Both the position numbers and the translations under genes were made by a program. Shown here piece after piece: positions 1 through 11,800 of a stretch of DNA of 64,000 bases. Below the pieces are notes generated by a model. It saw nothing but the letters and a program-made list of their open reading frames with translations. It made no database searches and had not been told where the DNA came from. Position 1 is the first letter of the stretch. Each line of letters begins with the position of its first letter. The DNA comes from Octopus sinensis (Eukaryota), in NCBI RefSeq assembly GCF_006345805.1, contig NC_042999.1, positions 77,314,001 to 77,378,000 of the forward strand, read 5' to 3'.

Positions 1-19
1 ATAATAGAACTAATAATAA

Positions 20-231
20 TAATAATTGTTTCTAACATTGGCACATAGCCACAAATTTGTGGGAGGGGGCATGTCGATTAAATCAACCCAAGTACTTGAC
101 CAATATCTTATTTTATCAACCCTTGAAGGATGAAAGGTAAATTTGATCTCAGCAGGATTTGAACTCAAAATGTAAAGTACTGAAAAAAATAGTGTAAGGT
201 GTTTTGTCCAAAGTTCTATCAATTTTGCCAT
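20..231 (-). mobile_element. tRNA-head SINE (family A)
   Basis: Reverse complement of tggcagaa...ctgagttcaaat...cctttcatcct...aagtaccagt...ggcc.tgtgccaa..ttgaaa(ATT)n. Further partial copies at about 6905-7040, 11160-11305 and 42590-42740 (all minus). Confidence 0.8.
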
Positions 232-889
232 ATTGTTGTAGTTATTATTTTTATAATATAAGCTTTTTAGCTACTTCCATATGTTAATAACAATAGAAAT
301 ATGTCTCATCGTCAACATCATCAAGATTTAATACCCTTGTTCCATGCAGACATGGATGGTTTTACTGGGTTTGATGAGTCCAAGGACCTCATCATACTCC
401 ACTGTCTATTTTGGCATGGTTTCTACAACTGATGCCTTTCCTAACACCAGCCACAATAATGAGGAGATGTCTCTGTGAACCCTCAAAGTACAAAATAAGT
501 AGAAATGAATGGGAACAGAAGAACTGAAAGTGGGGGATTTGAGTGAGGCAACAGATATTGTAATGATTGAAACACAAGTGCTGAGTGGATGTTTTGAAAA
601 TCATATGAAAATGACAGGCTATTTAATAGAGGTAGATTAGTGGGTTTTGACCAATGCTGAAGGGATAAAGAGTAGCAGAATAATGATAATGATGATGCAG
701 TAGACAAGAGAAAGGTGAGAGAGAGACAAATGATTAGTGGTTGGATAGTTTGCCAGTCTGGTGGAGAAACAGGTATTGTGGATAGGTAAAATCAGAGATA
801 TATGATGGTGCTGAAGGTTTGAGAATTGGAGGCTTTTCAGTTTAAAGAAGAAAGCTTATTTATTATGACTTTGAAATACAGATACTGTG

Positions 890-1500
890 TGTATGTATTC
901 ATACACCTCCCTTTCATGGATGTCCTGCCGATTCCATTTCAGTGCAGCTCAGCTGTCACTGGCTTTTGAGTTGACACCCAGCTCTCACCTGTGATGCTAC
1001 AAACTATCTGTTTACAGCAATGGGGAATGGTATTGGCAGGCAGGATAAACCATTGAAAATAGCTGATAAGTCTTAAGCTATCACTATACTGAGGAAACCC
1101 AACTATATGTGATCAGATTTTAATGGACAAAAAAGAAATGTCCAACATAGGTGTGGGACATGTATCTCAGAGTACAGTGAGAAATGTAGATTGCCCTGGT
1201 ATAACCTTCAGTTATCTTGGTCTGCTTTACCATTAGTCCAAGAAGTTAGGGACAAGTGAGGTTAGTCATCCAGTGCAGCCTTGCCTCTCTATAATCTAAA
1301 TTCAGAGTCTATAAATTTAAATTCAAGTTGTGATTCAAAATTGCTGGGATCATAAACAGGCAGTGGAACTTATTATAATGCTTGGGACATGATACATGTC
1401 AATGACAATGAAATCCTGTCACAATCCTCTGGTCACCCTTGCAGCTATCTTCTCAGTTGCTGATGCTCTGTAAGAAATGCTGACACCATCTAAGAGGTGA
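890..1500 (-). mobile_element. Possible very old RTE-like LINE remnant
   Basis: Less AT-rich block with fragmentary KVY...LYxSETW-like traces on the minus strand. No intact frame. Confidence 0.25.
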
Positions 1501-1971
1501 GGTTTTGGTCATCTTCGAAAATGGATAAACAGAATATCTGTGTGCGCATGTATTAACACATGTTGGAAATAGCGGAAGTTAATTGATTCATAATTTAATT
1601 TATGAGGCTCTTTCTTGTAAACATTGAACTTTAGTATGTTACCATCATTGTGTGAAACTAAGATATTGTACAGAATATGTAGGTATTCTTTAGAATGCTT
1701 AAAACTTTCAGGCAAGGTATATAAAAAAAAATCATTTCATAGGCAATCTGGAGATTATCAAGTTTCTTTTTGGCAGTATGTGAAATCACTAAAATTTTTT
1801 CACTGATTGTCAAGATGCCAAATATAATCTTCAACCACAATCAATCAAAATGAAGAAAATACTTAGCAATATGGTCCACCCAGCTGAGCTGCTGAGCATG
1901 GTGCCACAGTTCAGATTTCCATTCATGTGGACAGTTACAAATGATGTAGAGACACTAGCAATATTTTGGCT

Positions 1972-2465
1972 GGCATAGGCACAGTTGTGTGGTAAGAAGT
2001 TTGTTTCCTAACCCCATGGTTTTGGGTTCAATCCCACTGCATAGCACTTTGGGCAAATGTCTTCTACTAAAGCTCTGAGCTGACTAAAGCTTTATCAGTG
2101 GATTTAGTAAAGAAGCATGTCAGGAGTGGCTGTATGGTAAGTAGCTTGCTTACCAACCACATGGTTCTGGGTTCAGTCCCACTGCGTGGCACCTTGGGCA
2201 AGTGTCTTCTACTATAGCTTTGGGCCAACCAAAGCTTTGTGAGTGGATTTGGAAACTGAAGCCTGTCATGTATATATATATATGTGTGTGTGTGTCTGTG
2301 TTTGTCCCCCTCAACATTGCTTGACAACTGATGGTGGTGTGTCTGCATCCCCGTAACTTAGCAGTTCGGCAAAAGAGACTGATAGAATAAGTCCTGGGAT
2401 TGATTTATTCAACTAAAAGCAGTGATCCAGCTTGGCTGCAGTCAAATGACTGAAACAAATAAAAG
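1972..2465 (+). mobile_element. tRNA-head SINE (family B) with a duplicated head (1972-2112, then 2120-2465)
   Basis: ggctgtgtggtaag...ggttcagtcccactgcgtggcaccttgggcaagtgtcttctactatagc head with A/B-box-like motifs, (TA/TG)n middle, tail ending gactgaaacaaataaaaga. Confidence 0.85.
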
Positions 2466-3319
2466 AATATATGTGTGTCTGTCTTTTACTGTCTCCTTCC
2501 TTGTCTTGACATCATGTGTGATAATTATAAATGAGAGTCACTGTAATATAAACAGTGTCCTTTGTTTCCACTCTTCCGTGAAAACCTGTCTGGTTATGGT
2601 GAAATATTACCTTCCCGGGAAGCATGAGGGTTGATGATGGGAAGGGCATCTGGCTGTAGAAAATTTGCCTCAACAAAGTTCCACCTAACTGTGCGAGTAA
2701 GGAAAAGTGAATATTAAATTGATGATGATAACAATCTTGGGCATTTAGAATGGTTTGTATCAGTTACAATGTTGAAACAGCCTTAAGCCAGACAAACTAC
2801 AGTTTTCATTAGGATATATTCTGATGGATAAACAAATCTTGTTCGGGTTAGCTATAACACAACAATCTATAGAAGCTAAGCAAGGATTTAAGTGTATGTG
2901 TATGACGTAACTCAAAATGTCATTGAAATCCAAACTGCTACAATAAAAAGAAGACTTAAATGGGGCAGTGTTCAACAAAATATTTTATTTAGTTTAGATT
3001 TCAGTAATAGTTTACTTATAAAATTTTTTCATATCACATTCACTGATTTCAGTTTGTTAATATTTTCAATCTTTGTTGTCTTATTATATTATATTTTGCC
3101 TAAAAATACTTCACATTTTATAGAATATCTTGGCAGTTTGATAAATTTCTGTGATAAAAGTAGTATATAAGGTCGTATTGAAATATAATTTCATACTTGC
3201 CAAAAAATGTTGGATATTCTTTAGAACTACTTAGGCATTCTATACAATACATTAGTCCCACACAATAGGCTATTCACCTATATAGCAGTTTAACCTCTCA
3301 TGTTTATAGTAAATAACTC

Positions 3320-3636
3320 CTGGCTGTGTGGTTAAGAAGCTCACTTTGCAACCATGTGGTTTCAGGCTCAGTCTCACTACACAGCACCTTGGGCAAGTGT
3401 TTTCTACTATAGCCCTTGGCTGACCAAAGCCTTGTGAGTGAATTTAGTAAACAAACTATGCAGAAGCCCATCATGTGTGTGTGTTTGTCCTTATTATTTA
3501 GTGGTTCAACAAAAGAGAACTAGAGAATAAATATCAGACTTTAAAAAGATAAGTATTGGGGTCATTTTCTTCAATTAAACTCTTCAAGGCAGTACCCCAG
3601 CATAGTCACAGTTCAGTGACTGAAACAAATAAAAGG
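3320..3636 (+). mobile_element. SINE family B copy
   Basis: Same head and tail as 2120-2465. Confidence 0.8.
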
Positions 3637-4461
3637 AAACTCTGTGTGTGTGTGTGTCTGATTTATTATGGATATTGACTAGTTAAGAAAACATGCAAGA
3701 TTCTAACTGCTCTGAAGTTGATGCAACTTAACAAAGACAAACTGTGATCATTGGTGTTGAGTGTTAGATTCACATGTTCTCTGTATAAGTTATAACAAAA
3801 TTTTGTTTTAGATCAACGTTAGAAATGCTTTACTGTATAGAATTAATTCGTTATGCTTTTGGTGTGTTTTCATAAACATTTCTATGACAAAAGGAATGGA
3901 ATAGTATTATCTACACTGACTATTAGAAGTTTGATAATTATTCAATCTGTCATTTTTTGAAAAAGAAAAAACAAATGTGTAAATCATTAGGCTTAATTAA
4001 AGTGATAATACCATCACTACAAATCTGTGGCCTTGTACCAGTGTAAGAAATCATTATCACATTTAAGTTATGACTGCATTAGTATCCCGTCTTCAACCTG
4101 CACTTGATTTCATCCACATGTGATAATGCATAGCTTTTTTTTATGTCATGAGTACATGCTAGAAAGCTAAAACAGAGATGTTAGAGGATTAGATGTTTAA
4201 ACAATAAACAGCTCTTGACATACATGTGAGTGAGTGGGTGTGTGTGTGTGTGGAGGGCATTATATCTTAGGTAATTTCAGTTGTATTTGTTTTGTGTGAT
4301 TTTTTTTCCAATTTCTTTTATTCCACATTTATCATGTTGTTTTTTGTCACAGCTTTAAACATCCTAGCTATTTATCAGGCACTTTTGTGATTTTTATACC
4401 TTAGGTTAGATCACCCAGAATGTGTTGTGTTCAATGCATACATGTTCAATTCAAATATAAG

Positions 4462-4500
<39 letters not shown>
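4462..4500. repeat. (CG)/(CA)n microsatellite
   Basis: gcacgcgcgcacacacacac... seen directly. Confidence 0.95.
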
Positions 4501-4504
<4 letters not shown>

Positions 4505-5622
4505 TGCATAACCTGTAAATATGTACTGCTTTCATCACAAATAAACAGGTAAATGTTTTAGAAAATGACATCATCAAATGTTCTGATTAGGTTAAAAAAA
4601 AAGATAATAAAATAAAAAGAATCAACATCTCTACAGCAGTAATAACATCCACAAGTCTAAGCATAGGGGAATTGAAAACAGCAGCTGGTTTTCAAAGTTA
4701 GGCCAGTGTTGTAATGAAATCATTGATCTGTTGCTGCTGGTTCGTAGCTAGTCAATCTCTCTTTGCAGGAGCTACTTGATAAGCAGTTGTAGTAGCAGCA
4801 TAAATATTACCAGTCAGGCTAGAACTACTGTTACACCTCCATATATAAGTAGTAAAACAGAAACAATGACAAGATAATATTGGTCATCATGGTTTGTTTC
4901 TGAAGTACTGAGAACAAACAAAAACACCCAGCATAGCTGTTAGTTTGATTTTTTTTTTTTCCCCCTTCTTTGCTGCTCTCCCTGTTGCTATTGACTAAAC
5001 TGATTCCGTAGTCACAGCTATCTCAGAAACTACTCTGCCCCCTCTTGCTTTCCTTCTCTTCTGCTAAGGAGGAAGATCATATTAGTGAAACAAGAAAACA
5101 GCTAACTAGATATTTTGTTTATTGAAACAAATTGCTATCATTCTTGTTTCTTCAAAAATAAAAAAATAAAGAGGCTGGACTTTATTGCCTTATTTCTTTG
5201 TTAAGAATATATCTAAATAGTCAAATGTTCTGTATATTTATTTATGCATAGCATAAATTAGCATTGAATAACTTGAAAAGAATATATATAGATTTGGTCT
5301 TCCTATTTACTGTACTTAGTACTCTGTATTGAATTTACTGCTGTAATTTGTCTTTTTTCTGGCATTTACTCTTAGAATCTGCACAAATTCTGTATCTTTA
5401 TACATATTCAACACTATCATGTATGAGCATTAATCTGAGGTTTATTAGTTACATAGTTGAATACTTAGCATAAAGATTACTAGGATACATATTTATGTAC
5501 ACCAGTCTGGTTACAATAGTGAACAAAATATCTGTGTGACAGCTGTTGTTTAGATTGTTTATCTTTCCATTCATTTGGAATTAACTAACATCAGTGTATC
5601 AAGAAATTGTGTAAGTCTTCAC

Positions 5623-5893
5623 ATGGCTGCTACAAAGCCATCCCGACTGTTTTTATCTGGAGACCATCCTGGAAAGTACCAGCCTTTCTACTTCAGCAAT
5701 GGAGATACTGCCAATGAGGATATGTACCAGCCAAATGCTGCTTCTTCAGCCACCTATATGAAGTTTCTGCATTTAGTTGATACTCAGTTGTCAGATGATG
5801 AACCAAGTTCTTCACCACCACCACCAGCAACAATGCAACAACAACCACCACAACCTCCATCTTCATTGTCTCTTGACAATAAGCAAACAGATG
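5623..5893 (+). CDS. TPD52: TPD52-like first coding exon ([10 protein letters not shown]...DNKQTDG), with a Pro/Gln/Ser-rich tract
   Basis: ATG at 5623 lies within the 5575-5943 ORF. The phase-1 donor G|GTAAGC at 5893/5894 matches the phase-1 acceptor at 35001. The link to the D52 core rests on phase and coding-like composition only. Confidence 0.7.
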
Positions 5894-8800
5894 GTAAGCA
5901 AGCTTATTATCTAACTCTGTTTTTATTATTACTTTTTTCATAAATCTCATTTTTGTCTTTACATATATTGAAATTAATAAAAGGCTTGTAGCAAGTGCTG
6001 TAGAGTAGGGTAACGCTAGCTCCTAACCATGTTGACTTCACAGCCTGGTTAGTCTCACTTGTGGTCACTTCATCACACGTACGTCACTAATGTTCTTGAA
6101 AGGCATGAATGTCACACAATCTCAACTCCTCCTTTATAAATCTTGGGCTTTGTATATTGTTAAAAGAAATCTAGAATTTTTTTTTTTTATATAACAATTC
6201 AACAAATCTATTTTTTTATGAAAAGAAAACATTCTTAAAAATTGCCTTAATACAACCAGAAAATAAAATATAGGAAAGCTTTCACAGAAATTGAGGAAAT
6301 GGTAACAAATTTTTAACAGAAATTTTTGTATTAAATTTAGACTTTCATTTATTCATTTCTATTTGCTGTTTAATTTCTTCATGTATAATGGGGTATATGC
6401 AGTACAACACCTAAGATTATATTGGGGTATTTGTTATATTAAATCAATCTTTCTAACTACTTATAAATTTTAATTTTGTTGCTTTATCAGGTGATGTCTC
6501 AGTTGGCAATTCATTTTTTTGTTTTAAATTGTACTTCCAAATAACAATACAAATAAAGCTGTAATTTATTAGACTAGTTGCCAGTGTTCTTTACAAGAAA
6601 GGTTCTTTCAAATACGAAAATAGGCTGATTCACTTCAGAAATTCAAAAGAAACTAGTGTATTATATCAATAGATTAAAAATTATGTAAATAGGTAATGTT
6701 GGTTTATTGAGATAATTGACACATATTTTGGTGTTAAAAATGTTGTTTACATACCCACCCCACTCTTAAGGATAACTGTACTTATAGGAAGACCAGGAGG
6801 GAAATTAGCAGATGTTATTGCAAGGAAAGTGGTATTAGTCAATCCAAAGATCCAATTATTGTTAATGAGACAGCTTCAGATGTTGTTGTTTAGTAGTAGT
6901 AATAATCCTTTCTACTATAGGTACAAGGCCTGAAATTTTGGGTTAGGGGTTAAGCCAATTATATTGACCCCAGTGTTCAACTTGTACTTATTTCATCAAC
7001 CCCAAAAGGATGACAGGAAAGTCAACCTTGGTGGAATAATAAGAATAAGAATTTGTTTCTGTATTCCCACAAGGACGGTAGTTGAGAAGATGTTAGAGCA
7101 GTATGAGGGTACAAAATGTGTTGGGGTCTACACAGAAATTGCATGAGTGAAAAAATATTACAGGGAAAGGTTGCAAAAAGTGTCGAAGTTTCTACAGAAA
7201 TAACATGAATAAAGAAATAGAAAACAATACAAATATGTGCTAGGGTGCTTAAGGAGAAGGATTATTAGGTAGTACTAGTCGAGGATCCTCACAGATCCAG
7301 GGTTACTTTGACCTCCAAGGTAAGGGCCATTTCCCAGTTGTCATCTCTTGTCTTGCAGACATGCTGAGAATAGGCCCATTATCATAATGAAAACATACCT
7401 TTGTGTGTATTTGTTCTGTTAAGTTTTCTTCTTTTTTTTTTTTGTCATTTGCCTATTGGTTTATTTGTTGTCTCAAAATTTATTCATTTAAAAAAATATT
7501 TTGTGTTAAGTTTGAAAGGGTGGAGATAATCATCATCATCATCATTTAATGTCTTCCTTCCATACTGGCATGGGTTGGATGGTTTGACAGAAACTGGCTA
7601 ATCAAAAGATTTCACCAAGCTCTACTAATAATTTTGGTAGTAAGAAAAAAATTTGTGGCTAATTTAAATATAATTAATAATTCCTCTTTACTCCAAATTA
7701 CAAATAGTTAATTATTTTCTTTATTACTATATTGTGTTGAAGAAATACATTGGTTAAGATAATGGACTGTTAGACAATAGTTAATGGGTTAACAGCTTTC
7801 ACATTCTACTGTTAAGCAATACATATGTTTGGTTGTCTACAAGAATGCCATCTAAGTCTGAAAACATTTGATATTTGCATAAATTTGTAAATATCAAAAT
7901 TTTCAGAATCTTAACAAATAAGGAAGAGTCAAAATAGATAAACGCCAAACTAGGAAATAAATACATTATTTAAAGATTTATTTCTCTAATTAAAATTTTT
8001 TTTTTGTTTCATTACTTTATAGTTTTGAATAATTATGTCATAAAATAAAATCTTAATGAAACACTTCAGCTGGAATTTGTTGTCTTCCATTTAAATCTAT
8101 TGAAATTGCCTTTTATTCTCGTAGGACATCTATTCTCCTGTAAAGAAAGCAATGAGAAATTGGTCATGTTGTATATGCTCTCTAGTTATTGACTTACTTT
8201 GTTAAAAAATACAAAATAAATCTGTGAATTTACTACACACAGACACCCACACACACACACACATTGTGTCATATTATATTCATATAATTACTGACTTGAT
8301 TTCTAACGTTTTTACATGGAATATAAAAAACAAATGTCAAATTAAAAACTGAAAAGCTGCGAAGTTCACTAGTGTTGCAGAAATAACATGAAGACAAAAA
8401 TAATTTATTACAGACAGAGCCAGGTGACTGGGAAATTCCAAGCTGAGTTAGTGGAACAATGATATAAACAAGACGTAGTTTCATAATGTAAGATTTATGG
8501 GACACCAGCAATAAATATAATGACGTAGCCACAGATAAAATGGTGATATCCTGTTGGGCTATTATGAATATTAAATATAGCTAGTCAGAATTTCTAGATC
8601 AACATACAAAAATTCTAAAGATTGACACTGTTTTTATATATACTTACTAAGAAATTTGAGAGACAGATATGTCATCTGCTTATCATCTTTATGCTTCAAA
8701 CCTCTTCCAGTGAATTCCCAACTGGGTTTTTCATATGGATTCTTGGTTCTCCATACTGAACTAACTGGAAAGCTGTAGATCTTCAAAGATAGGGATATAT

Positions 8801-11800
8801 GTATAAAAATAAGCTAAAAAAATTCTTTGGAAATAAATTAGAATCAACAATTTTATTGCAATATATGAAGTACTTAGAAAAATGTTTGAAGAAATTTGAA
8901 AATGATGATTTTGTTCTGGATTTTTTTTTAACAAAATTAACAGATAACATTACTATTTATTTGCTGTAAATATGGTATACCATCATGTAGCCATCTTTTT
9001 TAATTTATATTTATCTTCTGTTACTAAACTATATCAGTGTACTAAAGTTCTTTCAGTTTTCATTATCTTAAGTAGTTAGAGTTCTGCTCCTGGATAGGAC
9101 ATTCTTTCCTAGATTTTGCTTATGGGAAGTTTTGAGCTTTGGTTACAAGCTGACACAACACTCATCAATTTAATACATTGTTGTTTAGAATATGAAATTG
9201 TATCTCTTTATGGTAACAATTTCCAGCTAGGCAGACTAGTATTGTTTATTCTGGACCAATGTAGTAGGAATGATAAAATATACACTGTTGATTATTCAAT
9301 GTGTAAACAAATATTGTAGCAACTTAGCCAGCTGTGACTCTGTAGATTTGTGTAATATTTCAAAATTTTAGCTTATTATGTTTGCAATAATTACTTTATT
9401 TAATATATTACTGTAATCATTTCATTTCAACATAAGGTACTTTTAAAGTAGCATTTACAAGTTGATGATCAGTTTTAATAAACATTTTTAATTTTTTAAG
9501 AAACTAAATTAGAATTTGAGCATGCATATTGCTCAAATAGCTTTCTAGCCCCTGCATTAGCTGATGTCTGACATTGAAAATATTGTTACCAGCTGGTTGA
9601 AGAACACTTTCATCTTGTTAGTCACTCTTTACTCACAAAAATATTTCAGGCAATAGTTTACTCTGAAAATTTTGAACCAGTCTATGAAATATGGTTCTTA
9701 TGTTTAGCCTGCATTATGCTTTGTTTATTTATCATTTATATCAACTATTATTTTATACATGCTTACATTCTTGTATCCTGGAAAGGTTTAAAAATGTAAT
9801 TAACTTGTAATGAAATACTCTTGAAGGACAAATTAATGTTGGTAAAAAGTTATATGATACCTTCAAATAATGTATGTCACTTCTTTTATAAAGACTATAG
9901 AAAAATCAGTCATTAAATCCTCTCAAGTTTATATAGTTCATAGAAGACATACACGGCTCCAAAAGTGATGAGGGCTGACTCATACACTGTTCACTTTCCA
10001 GACATTTACACATTACTGCATATGCTTTATATGCACTTTTGACAAGTTGTGGTGCACCAGAGCACTGTATACAATAATTTCATTATTATTATTGTCTTAG
10101 AGAAAAATGTTGTCAGTGGATATGTTTGAAAAAGCATAAATGTTTAAAATATTTCTGTTTCCAATAATGTATAACAAAAGGAACATTTCTGCTAGGTTAT
10201 CCCTTACATGTTCCAATAAATAAATATTTCCTAATTTATCTTGATCTTGTTAGGATTTCCACTTGTCCATATGCTTTGCAAACTTGGTTTATAGTGTCTG
10301 GATTGAATCTTGTAAAGGTTATAAGTTCAGTGTAAACTGATCTCTATAGGTGTAACATTCTTTCATAACTACTCTATATGTAATGGACAACTAATAAACA
10401 GGTTGGATGGCATGTTCCTTCCTGCAGCAGGTACAATAGTGTACACAAAAATCAGTTTTGAGTTAGTTCAAAGTTGCGGTTTTATGTGCTTTATTTGATT
10501 AACATATTTTCTATGACGCACATAAAACCATTAGCAAAATCAAGGTCAACTGTTATTTGTTTTATCTTGGTTTAATTTATTTGGTCAAAGATCACAATAC
10601 CATTTTTGCTTGCTTTTTCTAATGGTGCATTAACTGTCTATAGAAACCAACTCTAATTGAGATTTGTTACTACCAGGATTTGAACAAAAGGTTTTTTGTA
10701 ATGATCACCAATCAGGTTTTCACTCTATAGCTCTGTATTTTCTCACACCTTGTTCCTTCTTTCCTTTGAGTTCATTTAATGATATCTGTCAAAACCTCTA
10801 TTCCCACTTGTCTGTCATCTCTTGGCATGTTTATTTATCATGCATGACTTCTTACATAATTTTGGAACAGCGTAGAGGTGTGTGTGTGGGGGAGGTTGTG
10901 CTATGTTTGGCTAAAGGGTTAATTAGCTGCATACTGTATCAAAGTATCAATAAAATGCATGTTGCAATGAGTTAGTATAAGTTAAAAAAATATATTAAGA
11001 TATACAAATAGAATTAAAAGCAATGATGATCGACAGATGTTATCCAGCAAAAGATACTAACTGAATACATTGGCTTGCCATATGGTAAATATATTTTATA
11101 TGGTAATTATTAAATATTTAGAAAATTTTGAAGCTACATCAATAGCGTAGTCAACTGAAAAATAAACATATATTGGTTTCAAATTTTGGCACAAGGCCAG
11201 CAATTTCAGAGTAGAGGTAAGTTGAATACATTGACCTTAGTGTCCAACTGGCACTTATTTTATCAACCCTGAAAGGATGAGTCAACCTCAACAGAATTTG
11301 AACTCTTCTTGTTATAATGTTAACAAGCATGTGTGTATAATTTTGATATAACAACATATCAGATGTGAAAACTATAATTTCGCATGTCTCAACTTTGACT
11401 AGTGTGTCATGCAGTTTACTGGTTTCAGATGTAAAATAAGAAGCAATAGTATCTTATAATGATTTTTTTAAATATTTTAAATGAAATGTATTAATTCAAT
11501 CTTACAGTTCTTTATCTGAGAAATTTTGAACTGACTTTCATTGAATTGTTTCTCGGATATATAAATTAGATTTCTAGTAAATTATATATGGTTAATTCAA
11601 AAAGAATATTATATGCTTGATGTAAACTCTATATAAAACTGTGAGTAAATTGTTAATCTAACTCGTGAATTTTTAGTTTGTATCCATCTTTTTTGCAATT
11701 ATTTTCTTATATCAGTGAACAAGTCACTTAACTCTGTTTACATCAGTTCAAAAAGCATTCAGAAATAGTTATCAGATTTTTTGACAATGTTCACACAGGT

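Noticed and set aside
2120-2200. tRNA genes at SINE heads
   Set aside because: A/B-box-like motifs continue into SINE bodies and no complete cloverleaf can be drawn.
10240-10640. Possible second GIY-YIG or Penelope remnant on the minus strand
   Set aside because: Only a vague motif resemblance with no sustained frame; cannot be supported without a search.
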